A stretch of DNA of 19,311 nt, from contig JBDKSP010000117.1 in assembly GCA_039680575.1 (NCBI GenBank), forward strand, positions 1 through 19,311. Direction: 5' to 3'. The notes under the pieces were generated by a model, which had not been told where the DNA came from, made no database searches, and saw nothing but the letters and a program-made list of their open reading frames with translations. Source of the DNA: Armatimonadota bacterium (GTDB lineage Bacteria; Armatimonadota; UBA5829; DTLH01). Position numbers and translations under genes: made by a program. The first letter of the stretch is position 1. Every line of letters starts with the position of its first letter. Shown here in pieces: positions 7,747-17,119 of this stretch.

Positions 7747-9036
7747 TCATCCCTGATATTTCAACCTATCCGGACTTCGATGGATCCGAAACATACTGCA
7801 GGCAATGATTGCTGCTGCCGGAGCATACAAGAGGGTCCGCTCGAAGCTGGTAAATGGATCGTACATATCATCCATCAGTTGAACGCGAGTGTTGAGCTGC
7901 CAGATTGCTACAGCTATACCGAAAACAACAAAAAGTATATTAACCGGCAACCGTGACCGGGCGGCGCCGGGCGCTGAATGGACTATCCACAAAGTAAATA
8001 ACGCGGCGATAAGGGGATATGTCCAGATACGGCTGGTATCCCAGGCAATGGCGTGAAGCAAAAGCGGCAGCAGAGGCACAATCAGAGCGTACGGGATGAA
8101 TGACAGCTTCATCTTGCGCATAATACGGATGGTATACAGAATAATCACTGCCAGCCCCGGAATATTGGCCATTATAAATACCGGATTGCTCAAGCTCGGC
8201 AGGAAGCATGGCCATTCGGATTGGAGATACGTGGTGAATGAACTGGTAATGCATGCGGGGACCATTATGTTCCGCTGATATTCGATAAAAGAGTACTGCG
8301 AAATATAGTTATACAATGACGCGCAAAGTGCATTAGTATCAGTGAAAAACGAAGCATAAATAGAAAGAACTATGAAAACGCAAACTGGCAGCATAAACTG
8401 TAGGGTATGGCGCCATAAGGGCTTTTTATCTTGAGTAGTCTTGGATTTACTGCAGATGATAAGAGCAAGGATCGCTGATGGTATACCAGCCAAAATAATC
8501 GATTCGTGAACAAGGATACCGAGTGAAAGCAACACCGAAGCCAGCCATAACCGGTTGCGGCGAATGGCAACAATGCTCCAGATGCTTATCAAAAACAGGA
8601 TGTTATCGTAATATCCGTTCAAATGTGCGCTTATCACGACAAACGGCGATGATAGGAAGATGAAAGATACCAGCACACTCTCAATACTGTAGCGTTGTTC
8701 ACGGATTATCGAGAAACATATCCCGAAGAGAACGATACAAAATGTGACCAGCAGTAATGTGCTGATTGTGAGGACCGTATGTTCCGCAAAGGATTGAGAA
8801 TTGTTGAGCAGCAGGATTGGCTTGATAAGCGTACCGGGCAGTCCACGCTTGACGAGCCCGAATTGATAACTTACTAACCAATGTGCTTCCGCCCAGTCAT
8901 TCGGGGTACGAAAACCACGGAATAGTGTAACGACGAACGTCCAGATCAGGCCGGTATACAGTAACAGGATGTCTGTAGAATGCGCGGAAGTGACATTATC
9001 GATATCCTGTGGTATTCGCTTCGATAGCACGGGCAT
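7747..9036 (-). CDS. Hypothetical polytopic membrane protein, possibly GT-C-like
   Basis: 429 aa with roughly 10 hydrophobic segments, loop motif [17 protein letters not shown], plus GYYD, LVHES and AWDTSR. AGGAGA RBS at 9045-9050. Function is not established. Confidence 0.7.
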   Translation of the reverse strand: MPVLSKRIPQDIDNVTSAHSTDILLLYTGLIWTFVVTLFRGFRTPNDWAEAHWLVSYQFGLVKRGLPGTLIKPILLLNNSQSFAEHTVLTISTLLLVTFCIVLFGICFSIIREQRYSIESVLVSFIFLSSPFVVISAHLNGYYDNILFLISIWSIVAIRRNRLWLASVLLSLGILVHESIILAGIPSAILALIICSKSKTTQDKKPLWRHTLQFMLPVCVFIVLSIYASFFTDTNALCASLYNYISQYSFIEYQRNIMVPACITSSFTTYLQSEWPCFLPSLSNPVFIMANIPGLAVIILYTIRIMRKMKLSFIPYALIVPLLPLLLHAIAWDTSRIWTYPLIAALFTLWIVHSAPGAARSRLPVNILFVVFGIAVAIWQLNTRVQLMDDMYDPFTSFERTLLYAPAAAIIACSMFRIHRSPDRLKYQG

Positions 9037-9057
9037 ACCATTGATCTCCTAATCCAA

Positions 9058-9156
9058 AGAGTTTCAGTCAATGATCTCAAAATCGAGGTTTTGTTCTCGA
9101 ACAAAGATTTATCCGTAATATAAGAGCTTGTAACATCAATTTCTGAAACTCTGTAG
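9058..9156 (+). repeat. Intergenic inverted-repeat element, type 2 (95 bp plus GTAG)
   Basis: AGAGTTTCAG (9058-9067), 75-nt interior, CTGAAACTCT (9143-9152), then GTAG. Same arms and length as 19201-19295. Confidence 0.85.
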
Positions 9157-9211
9157 ACTGTGCCGGGATGTACCACACACGCTGGGCGCATGTCAAAATA
9201 CTATTCTTTCT

Positions 9212-9246
9212 AAAAAAGGGCGGCCAACCGGCCGCCCTTTTCTTTT
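9212..9246. terminator. Intrinsic terminator of gyrA (bidirectional form)
   Basis: AAAAGGGCGGCC-aacc-GGCCGCCCTTTT with A/T runs on both sides, 4 bp beyond the gyrA stop. Confidence 0.88.
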
Positions 9247-9250
9247 AACT

Positions 9251-11701
9251 CTATTGCGCTTCTTCCTCAGGTTTATCCGTCTTCGGAATGCGGGCTATGC
9301 TTGCCACCCGGTCCCAATCGACCAGGTTTATCAGCTTGACCCCCTGAGTGCTTCGCCCGCAGGAGCGTATCTCCTTTACGGGACATTTCATAACTATACC
9401 GTGGGATGTGATGGTGATTACCTTATCGGTCTCATCCACCACCGCCACGTCTACTATCTTGCCGGTTTTCTCGGTCAGCTTCATCGTGATCAGCCCCTTG
9501 CCGCCTCTTGTCTGCTTGCGGTAGTTGTCCACTGTCGTCCGCTTGCCGAATCCGAGCTCCGTTGCTACCAGAAGCTCACACTTTGGCCGGACCAGCGTCA
9601 TTCCGACGACCTTGTCATCATCGACCAGGTGAATACCCCGGACTCCGCCCGCTGCGCGGCCTGCAGACCTCAGGTTCGACTCATGGAAACGAATCGACAT
9701 ACCGTTCCTCGTGACGAGGATGATTTCGTCGTTTCCATGGGTCAGGCTGACCCATTTGAGCTCGTCGCTCTCCTCCAGATCGAATGCTCTGAGCCCGTTC
9801 GACCTCAGATTGTGGAACTCCTGAAGCGATGTCTTCTTGACTTCGCCCATCTCGGTCGCCATTACGAGAGACCCTTCCCCGTCTATCGCCTTTACAGGCA
9901 GCATAGCGGTTATAGTGTCTCCCGGTTCGATCGAGATCAGGTTGATGATGGCTGTTCCCATCGCCTGCCTGCTCGTCTGAGGGACTTCATAAGCCTTCAG
10001 CCGGTAGACCCGGCCTCTATTCGTAAAAAAGAGGATGTAATGGTGCGTCGTAGCCAGAAATAGCTGCTTGACGTTATCTTCTTCCTTGGTATTTGCTCCG
10101 ATTATCCCCTTGCCGCCGCGCTTCTGGCTGCGGTAGGTGTCTACCGGCACCCGTTTGATGTAACCATCCCGCGTGATCGTGATGATCGTCTCTTCATCAG
10201 GAATCAGCTCTTCATCGCCGATCTCTTCGGCTTCCAGTTGGATGATCCTGGTCCTTCGCTCATCACCAAGCTTGTCCTTGAGAGTCTTCATCTCGGTCTT
10301 GATGACTGCCAGGATCTTCATCCGGTCTGAAAGCAGGTCTTCGTAGTAAGCGATGCGTTTTAAGAGCTCTTTATATTCGGACTCGACCTTCTCCCGCTCA
10401 AGAGCTGTGAGCTGTCTCAACTGCATAGCAAGGATCGCTTCGGCCTGGATATAGGTGAGCGCGAATCTCGCCATCATCTCCGTCCGAGCGACTTCGCTGT
10501 TCTTCGATGCTCTTATCAGCTTGATAAGCTCGTCCAGCACATCGACGGCGATCCGTAGACCTTCCAGAATATGCGCACGGTGCCGCGCTTTCTCAAGCTC
10601 ATAGCGCGAGCGCCTGGTTACAACCTCGAACCGGTGGTCGATGAACGCCTGCAGCATTTGCTGCAGATTGAGCACCTTGGGTTGGCCGTTGATCAGCGAA
10701 AGCATAATGATTCCGAAGGTCTGTCTGAGCGCTGTGTGTTTCAGAAGATAGTTGAGTATTCTCTTCGGGTGGGCATCCCGCTTGAGCTCGATCACGACCC
10801 TCATTCCGGTCCTGTCCGAGTAATCGTCGATGGCGGAAATGCCGTCTATCTTCTTCGCGCGGACCAGGCCTGCGATATGCTCCTGAAGTTTCTTCTTGTT
10901 TACCTGGTATGGAAGTTCGGTGATTACGATGGCGTTTCGCCCGTTCTCCTGCGGCTCTATCTGAACCTGAGCCTGCATTATCACCGATCCGGTGCCGGTC
11001 TCGTATGCGGAGCGGATTCCGCGCGTCCCGAGGATTAGTCCTGCAGTCGGGAAATCCGGCCCCTTGATATAGCTCATCAGATCGGATGCAGTCGCGTCCG
11101 GATGGTCGATCAAGTGAGTTATGCCGTCAACCAGCTCGGAGAGATTGTGAGGCGGAATGTTCGCGGCCATTGCGACGCCGATACCAGCCGAACCGTTCGC
11201 AAGCAAGTTCGGGAACTTGCCCGGAAGGATCGTAGGCTCGTTTCGGGTCTGGTCGTAGTTGGGCATCCAATCGACCGTGTCCTTATCGAGGTCCTCCAGC
11301 ATCTCCATGGCGAACTGGGAGAGGCGCATCTCCGTATAACGCATAGCAGCCGGCGAGTCGCCGTCGATCGACCCCATGTTCCCCTGTCCGTCGATCAAGG
11401 GGTAGCGCATGTTGAAGTTCTGCGCCATCCTGACCATCGTCGGGTAGATGACCTGTTCGCCGTGCGGATGGTAGTTACCCGATGTGTCGCCGGCGATCTT
11501 GGCGGACTTTCTATGCTGTGAGTTTGGAGTGAGGTGGAGGTCGTTCATCGCGACAAGTACACGCCGCTGAGAAGGCTTGAGTCCGTCTCTTACGTCTGGA
11601 AGCGCTCGAGCGATGTTTACGCTCATAGCGTAACGGACATATGAACCCGTCATCTCATCTTCGATGTTAACCGGGATTATCTCTCGTGCTATTGTGCTCA
11701 A
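9251..11701 (-). CDS. gyrA: DNA gyrase subunit A
   Basis: RALPDVRDGLKP, YHPHG, catalytic AAMRYTE, GPDFPT, GyrA-box QKRGGKG and C-terminal pinwheel repeats. TTG start with GAGAGGA RBS at 11711-11717. Confidence 0.97.
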   Translation of the reverse strand: MSTIAREIIPVNIEDEMTGSYVRYAMSVNIARALPDVRDGLKPSQRRVLVAMNDLHLTPNSQHRKSAKIAGDTSGNYHPHGEQVIYPTMVRMAQNFNMRYPLIDGQGNMGSIDGDSPAAMRYTEMRLSQFAMEMLEDLDKDTVDWMPNYDQTRNEPTILPGKFPNLLANGSAGIGVAMAANIPPHNLSELVDGITHLIDHPDATASDLMSYIKGPDFPTAGLILGTRGIRSAYETGTGSVIMQAQVQIEPQENGRNAIVITELPYQVNKKKLQEHIAGLVRAKKIDGISAIDDYSDRTGMRVVIELKRDAHPKRILNYLLKHTALRQTFGIIMLSLINGQPKVLNLQQMLQAFIDHRFEVVTRRSRYELEKARHRAHILEGLRIAVDVLDELIKLIRASKNSEVARTEMMARFALTYIQAEAILAMQLRQLTALEREKVESEYKELLKRIAYYEDLLSDRMKILAVIKTEMKTLKDKLGDERRTRIIQLEAEEIGDEELIPDEETIITITRDGYIKRVPVDTYRSQKRGGKGIIGANTKEEDNVKQLFLATTHHYILFFTNRGRVYRLKAYEVPQTSRQAMGTAIINLISIEPGDTITAMLPVKAIDGEGSLVMATEMGEVKKTSLQEFHNLRSNGLRAFDLEESDELKWVSLTHGNDEIILVTRNGMSIRFHESNLRSAGRAAGGVRGIHLVDDDKVVGMTLVRPKCELLVATELGFGKRTTVDNYRKQTRGGKGLITMKLTEKTGKIVDVAVVDETDKVITITSHGIVMKCPVKEIRSCGRSTQGVKLINLVDWDRVASIARIPKTDKPEEEAQ

Positions 11702-11723
11702 AACAGAGTATCCTCTCGTAAAA

Positions 11724-11931
11724 CGCTATTTTCACCAAATGAAAATAGGCGACTAGCACGCGTTATTCACAAATACGCGAATAACGCTCTACTATGGAAG
11801 CCTTATTCATGAACGAATAAGGCATTATTAGCACATATGTTCTAACAATCGGACATACGTCCGATATGAGTCCGTATGCGGATTTTACGGGTTTAGCCAG
11901 CCCGTACACAACGCACGGCCCTAGAAGGCCG
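11724..11931 (-). other. Array of short hairpins in the long predicted gyrA 5' leader
   Basis: At least six adjacent inverted repeats: 11726-11748, 11760-11787, 11800-11823, 11848-11865, 11886-11906 and 11916-11931. Confidence 0.6.
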
Positions 11932-11939
11932 CACGATTA

Positions 11940-11968
11940 ATTATACCAAAAATCGTGCTCAGGGTCAA
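11940..11968 (-). promoter_or_regulatory. Sigma70-type promoter of gyrA
   Basis: Minus strand TTGACC (11968-11963), 17-bp spacer, TATAAT (11945-11940) with an extended TG. Confidence 0.8.
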
Positions 11969-12007
11969 ATCTCGGGAGGCTGAACCAACCAGCCGCAACC
12001 TCAGCAT

Positions 12008-13411
12008 TTAGCCTCCAGAGGCAAACTTGATCCTTCTTACGGTAAACTCTCCATCAGGGTTCGTAATAGCTATGAGGTCTACTGCCACGGCTCTGGGCCG
12101 GGGTGTCCTGGTCACGTATATTACGGCTGCGGTGATACTCTTTCCACTTCCTTCAATAAAATAACGGATTCCGGACGCTCCCGTGCTGCCGGGGCGTATC
12201 CAGGCTGTCCCTTTTGTGCTGCTTGCAGCCAATGTATGGTCATGTCCTGAGACTATGATCGGTATCTTACCGACAAACGCGCTGGCAACATCCGGCTCGT
12301 GTATAAGCAGAATGTCCGGCGGCTTCGGCAGATTAGCTACAACTCTTTTCAGCCTGTACCGGGCTCTGCTGATCTCCTCCGTGGTCGCGAGCACACGGCG
12401 TGGACCGATTTCCCTTGACGCGGGATCATGCTGCCCTATGATCCTGAGTCCGGCCACTTCCACGACCTGTTCGTTAGGCAGCAGGACTTTGCCTGTCTTC
12501 CTGAGCGCCATCAGCGTCTCGACCGAATCGTGATTTCCACTCACAAATACCTGTGGTATGCTGAATTTGGTGGCTTGCTCCGCGATGCTGTTCTCATACT
12601 TCGTCCCGAGGTCGGTCAGGTCACCTGCATTCAGCACCATATCCGCGTCAAACAGTCTCGCCAGGTTGTCGGCAAACTCCATACCCACAGGATTGTTATG
12701 GAGATCGGATATCGCCAATATTCGTATCTGCTCGCCATGGTCTTCCGTGGAAACTATTCCGCTTAACGTGCTTTCGACCTTGTAGATACTGGCTGCGGTC
12801 ATCCTGACCCTATCATCGAGCTCATCGATCTTGACAATACCGTCCTGAACGAGCCTCAATGCCCACGGAGTAGCCTTCAGCGCATTTGTCATATGCGGGG
12901 TTTTGAATGCGTTGGTATTGTAAGTCGCCATAGTAACGGCGAGGTTTATGGCGATGAAGAGTGCGCCTGATATTCCGCCGATAATGATAAACCTGGGTTT
13001 CCGCCCTACCCGAAGCAGAAAGACCGCGACCGCTCCTCCGGCGAAGGCAATTACGATCAGCCTGACCCCGAAGTCGATTGCTGCGGCTCGCGCCTCTTTT
13101 TTGACCTGTTTGATAAGGCTCTTTCCATTCGACCGCTTGATTAATACGTTCCTAAGCTCATCTATGTTTGCTTCCTCGACTCCGACCTGGATAGCCATGG
13201 GAGCTGCGTGAGTCTTCGCCGTGATTTTGCCGAGTGGAGGAATCGATATACGGGTCTCACCGCTGAGCGCAGGCACGGCCGCCAGCTTCACATTGAGCGC
13301 GCTTATGTGATACACAGGTCTGCCGAAAAGTCCTATAGCGATCACTCCGCCAAGAATTCCAGCGACTATGGAGGCAATCCATAAAACTCGTTTATCCGCT
13401 AATTTTTCCAA
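12008..13411 (-). CDS. Membrane-anchored metallophosphoesterase (calcineurin-like)
   Basis: Motifs SDLHN, AGDLTD, SGNHD, LIHEP and SGHDH after an N-terminal part with three hydrophobic segments. TTG 13411 with GAGAGG RBS is preferred over 13471. Confidence 0.88.
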   Translation of the reverse strand: MEKLADKRVLWIASIVAGILGGVIAIGLFGRPVYHISALNVKLAAVPALSGETRISIPPLGKITAKTHAAPMAIQVGVEEANIDELRNVLIKRSNGKSLIKQVKKEARAAAIDFGVRLIVIAFAGGAVAVFLLRVGRKPRFIIIGGISGALFIAINLAVTMATYNTNAFKTPHMTNALKATPWALRLVQDGIVKIDELDDRVRMTAASIYKVESTLSGIVSTEDHGEQIRILAISDLHNNPVGMEFADNLARLFDADMVLNAGDLTDLGTKYENSIAEQATKFSIPQVFVSGNHDSVETLMALRKTGKVLLPNEQVVEVAGLRIIGQHDPASREIGPRRVLATTEEISRARYRLKRVVANLPKPPDILLIHEPDVASAFVGKIPIIVSGHDHTLAASSTKGTAWIRPGSTGASGIRYFIEGSGKSITAAVIYVTRTPRPRAVAVDLIAITNPDGEFTVRRIKFASGG

Positions 13412-13654
13412 CTCATTAACCTCTCGCAGTTTATATACAACTCTCGCGCGGAAAACTCCTTCTAAGAGCAAACCCGATGCGTCGGTAGAGTCTGATTGTC
13501 AATTTATCGTCAACGTTTGCGTCTGCTCGCAACTGGGTATTCTGTGCAAGAGCCACGAAGCGAGCGGCGCTTCAATCGTGGTTGAAAGGGGGTATGCGCC
13601 ACTTCCAACACTATGTAATTACCGGCTAATGCCATGAAATCGTTCGTATAATTC

Positions 13655-13732
13655 GGATTTTCGGCGATTTAATTGCATACTGGCCATTGCCGAAAATCTT
13701 CCGGAAAGTTTCAGATTACTGAAACTCTATAA
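13655..13732 (+). repeat. Composite inverted-repeat element: type 1 plus collapsed type 2
   Basis: GATTTTCGGC-N23-GCCGAAAATC, linker TTCCGGAA, AGTTTCAG-atta-CTGAAACT, then CTATAA. Positions 13687-13706 are identical to 19182-19201 (20 nt). Confidence 0.85.
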
Positions 13733-13792
13733 TTTCCAGCAGCCGCAGATTGCTGCGGCAATTCCATGCTACCTAAACAAGGAGGGAATAAA

Positions 13793-14650
13793 ATGCGTTT
13801 GACAACACTCCTGCTAGTGTCGATATTCGTTTTAGCATGTGCGGGTGTCTATGCTAACGGAATCGGCACGACACCGGAACCAACAACACCGCCGGAAGAG
13901 ACAACACTGCCGCCGGTAGGCACAGGACCGACTACACCCACGCTGGTGACACCGCCTACTACTGTATCAACGGTCTCACCAGAGGTCGAGCAGTTCAACC
14001 TCAACCTCGCTACAACGACATTTACCGTTGATTCCGCTTCGGTTATCGCGCTTCGACAGGCGGGTTGGACATGGGCTGATATTTATATGCTTGCGCATAT
14101 AGCCAATCAGGCCAATCGGCCTATCCTTGAGATCGCCAATCTCCGAAGCCAGGGGCTGTCTTACTCCAATATCGGCCAGCGCTACAACCTGACGATGGCG
14201 CAGCTAATAACGCCGTCGGTCATTCGGACACGGGTAGCCGGATTTGTCGGCGAATACGGCTATCAGCCGATATACTACAAGACCGACCTCTGGGGGAACC
14301 CGGTCCTTACGAGATACGATGCCGAGAAGCTTTCCCGGATGGGCTATGATTGGCGAAACATCGCCATCGCGGCCAACATCTCAGCAGAGACCGGCGTAAG
14401 CATGAGTGATATTATGTCGTGGGCTGACCGGGGATACACCTGGCAGCAGATCTCGCGGCAGTATGGGGTCGATCCGGATAAAGTAATGGATGTGAGCAAA
14501 TATCCATTCAGCAGAGAACCCGGTGTCTATACGACGTCAACAAACCAGTATACGACACCGACGACACAACCCCCTCCGCCGACAGGTGCAGGGGCGACGA
14601 CTCCCTCACCATCAGGAACGTATCAGACGATACCTCCTCCTGTATATTAA
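13793..14650 (+). CDS. Hypothetical secreted protein with Pro/Thr-rich ends and a duplicated helical domain
   Basis: GGAGGG RBS before ATG 13793, signal peptide ending VYA, and two similar blocks of about 47 aa (LRQAGWTWADI...YNL and LSRMGYDWRNI...YGV). Confidence 0.8.
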   Translation: MRLTTLLLVSIFVLACAGVYANGIGTTPEPTTPPEETTLPPVGTGPTTPTLVTPPTTVSTVSPEVEQFNLNLATTTFTVDSASVIALRQAGWTWADIYMLAHIANQANRPILEIANLRSQGLSYSNIGQRYNLTMAQLITPSVIRTRVAGFVGEYGYQPIYYKTDLWGNPVLTRYDAEKLSRMGYDWRNIAIAANISAETGVSMSDIMSWADRGYTWQQISRQYGVDPDKVMDVSKYPFSREPGVYTTSTNQYTTPTTQPPPPTGAGATTPSPSGTYQTIPPPVY

Positions 14651-14655
14651 CCGAA

Positions 14656-14804
14656 GCTTTATTCACTTTTGAATAAAGCCTGGTTAGCAGAGCATTATTT
14701 GAGTAATGCAGGCTAACAGCGAAGATCAAAGCTGCCCGGTGCGTTTGACCGGGCATGCTTCGCTTGCTCTAGCGAGGGGTAAGGGACTAGACTCTTGCCC
14801 CTCG
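14656..14804. other. Cluster of hairpins between convergent genes
   Basis: Stems at 14656-14679, 14683-14717, 14733-14755 and 14773-14804. None has a clear U-tail. Confidence 0.5.
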
Positions 14805-14859
14805 TCCATTCCATATCTACTATTGCTCAAATCTCAGTAAAATCCCGTGTATCCGAAGC

Positions 14860-16797
14860 TCATTGGCTGCGCCCGGCAATTCTGTAGACCGCAATATCCG
14901 ATGGGTCGTTGAAAACTTCCTTTAGCCTTCGGTTTCCGACAGCCTGCCAGATGAGCTTCGCGCTTGCCGGAGCGGATTCATCGCGGTAGTCGGGGAAATT
15001 AGCCTTGTTTACAAGCACATAACTCATACCCCGGTTCCTGAGCCAGCCGAGCAGCTTTTCCGGGTCGCTGCCCATGCTGTCGTAAGGGATGAGCGCATTG
15101 TGTCCGGGATCAGCCCAGATGTAATCCCTGCCTATGTAGAAACCACGGGTCTCCCCGAATAATGCAATTCCTCCGTCACGAGGCAGACTCTTGTTTACGA
15201 AGCTGCTCGCGCGGTAGATATTGAGCGACCTGTCAAGATAATGGTCATGGGCTTCCATCCCGAATACCACCGGGACCACGGGCCATACAAACATCAACAT
15301 CAGCATAACCGTAAAGGCTCCCGCTGTGACAGACGCTGCCACTGCTGCTTTTCGGACTTTAATCAACTCCGCTGAGTGCGCCATCACCGGAGCAAGCATT
15401 GCCAGCGCGGGCAGGAGATAGCGTGTGTTCTGCATCGTAATGTACCACGCCGCGATCATAACGCAGGAGACAATCAGAAGAGGCCTGTGCTTGCCCTTCC
15501 TGAGCATCCCAAACAAAACCAGGGGTAAAAACGCCAGAAGCAGTGGTCCGACTGACGACAGGTACACCTGGCTGCTGCCGGTGAATGCAGGAAGTTCAAG
15601 TCCCGGCTCCGCTCGCGCCGCGTAATCGTTGAACCGGGCAAACCGAAATGTCAGGTTCCAGGGCAGCATCACCGGCGACTGCGCGTCCGGGACTCTGCCG
15701 AATTTTTTCTGATCGTCCCTGTATGCCTTAGCCGTCTCTGCGCTCCAGTTTTTCCCGCCAAAGACCCCATAAGCAAACGGATAGACTGGGTTTTGGGTAT
15801 AGACGTACGACTTGACATACCATGGGGCTGCGATTACCGCAGCCAGCAGGACGGCGGTAAAAGCCGTCTTCCATCTCAGGCTTCGGACTCCGGATTTTGC
15901 TCTGTTTGGCCATAGTATCCAGACGAAAGCTATGGGAATCATCAAAAGCGCCGTCATCTTCGTCCCGGCGGCAAGACCTGCGGTCAGTCCGGCCACTAAA
16001 GCCCATTTTTTATCCCCTTCTTCGCTAAAATTGAGGAGGGCATAGACCGTAAGGAGCAAATACAAGGCTACAGCGAGGTCTATATACGCCGTAGTAGCTT
16101 CCCAGGCCAGAAGCGGAATACCGGCAACCATCAGTGCTGCCAGTCTGCCGGTTGAACGTGAAAAATGACGGGCACTCATGCTGTAAACAGCGCCTGTTAG
16201 AATCACCCCGGCGCCAAAATGAAACAGCTTCGCAAGCGATACGCTTCCGAACGATAACCCTAATGTATAAAGCATCTCCCAGGTAAACGGAAAGTTGGAA
16301 TGGGAGGAAAAGTCGATATAGTAAATGCCGTGATGCTTGAGAAACAGCTTGGAAATTGCCAGATGGTAAGCCAGACTGTCCCAATCGTCCCCGACTGGCG
16401 GCGCAAGCGATCTCACAAGCGCCAATACGGCGACGGATGCGAGAATTGCCGCAATGATAGCCATCTCGGCGTTCCACTTGATCTTTCTGACCGCCTTTAG
16501 GCCGTCAAATGCATCGGAAATCACCCCGGCCAACTCCCGGTAGCTGATAACCGCTGTTACGACGAGCAGCCACAGAATCCACGACGGGTACAGTACCTCG
16601 AGCATGCCCATCGCAAATATCAGCATGCCGAGAATCCCAAACCCAAGCGCCGACTCGAAGATCAGCCGCTCCCCGGTTCCTTTGGGACTCAAACCGAGCC
16701 ATCCCAGCAATTTTCTTGCTACCGCCGCCGCGTATGCGGTTATGATTAGGAATTCCAGGATTGCTACCAGTTGTCTCACCAGCCTTATGAAGGACAT
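14860..16797 (-). CDS. GT-C fold membrane glycosyltransferase (ArnT/PMT-like)
   Basis: Many transmembrane segments, first-loop DDWDSLAYHL, YIDLA, GTK, PWY...QNPVYPF and RYLLP. Start is ATG 16797 or TTG 16830. Confidence 0.82.
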   Translation of the reverse strand: MSFIRLVRQLVAILEFLIITAYAAAVARKLLGWLGLSPKGTGERLIFESALGFGILGMLIFAMGMLEVLYPSWILWLLVVTAVISYRELAGVISDAFDGLKAVRKIKWNAEMAIIAAILASVAVLALVRSLAPPVGDDWDSLAYHLAISKLFLKHHGIYYIDFSSHSNFPFTWEMLYTLGLSFGSVSLAKLFHFGAGVILTGAVYSMSARHFSRSTGRLAALMVAGIPLLAWEATTAYIDLAVALYLLLTVYALLNFSEEGDKKWALVAGLTAGLAAGTKMTALLMIPIAFVWILWPNRAKSGVRSLRWKTAFTAVLLAAVIAAPWYVKSYVYTQNPVYPFAYGVFGGKNWSAETAKAYRDDQKKFGRVPDAQSPVMLPWNLTFRFARFNDYAARAEPGLELPAFTGSSQVYLSSVGPLLLAFLPLVLFGMLRKGKHRPLLIVSCVMIAAWYITMQNTRYLLPALAMLAPVMAHSAELIKVRKAAVAASVTAGAFTVMLMLMFVWPVVPVVFGMEAHDHYLDRSLNIYRASSFVNKSLPRDGGIALFGETRGFYIGRDYIWADPGHNALIPYDSMGSDPEKLLGWLRNRGMSYVLVNKANFPDYRDESAPASAKLIWQAVGNRRLKEVFNDPSDIAVYRIAGRSQ

Positions 16798-16988
16798 TAT
16801 CAGGATAACAGAAGAGCCCTTCCGAGGCAAACGGAAGGAGAGGGGAGGGTTTTTACCGTTGTATCGAGAAACCCTTTTCCGATATCTTGATCGGGCTGTA
16901 TTTGCACCAGCAATAAGCAGCCCCAGGGATTCTTCGAGCCTGTAAATTTACACAGGAAATTTTCCCCACTCATTTATACAGCCCATGA

Positions 16989-17017
16989 TTGACACCCGGA
17001 CTCAGCTGTGATAGATT
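16989..17017 (+). promoter_or_regulatory. Sigma70-type promoter of the RsbW-like gene
   Basis: TTGACA (16989-16994), 17-bp spacer ending in TGA, TAGATT (17012-17017). Confidence 0.7.
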
Positions 17018-17119
17018 ATCGACGCCAGAAACCGGAGGGATATCCTCACACGGAGCCGCCCTGCCGTAACGACACCACCGGTTCTGCATTCTACACTTCG
17101 AGGATGGGGGAGACAGCAA

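Noticed and set aside
9254..11521. Long plus-strand ORFs (269, 155 and 139 aa) antisense to gyrA
   Set aside because: Shadow frames of a conserved GC-rich gene, with no recognisable motifs.
16939..16956. TGTAAATTTACA palindrome as a second LexA box
   Set aside because: The spacer is 2 bp instead of 4 and the outer arms do not match. It may bind something else.
17026..17090. Purine riboswitch (contains GGATAT and CCGTAA)
   Set aside because: It lacks the TATAA and TTTCTAC junction sequences and the correct stem spacing.
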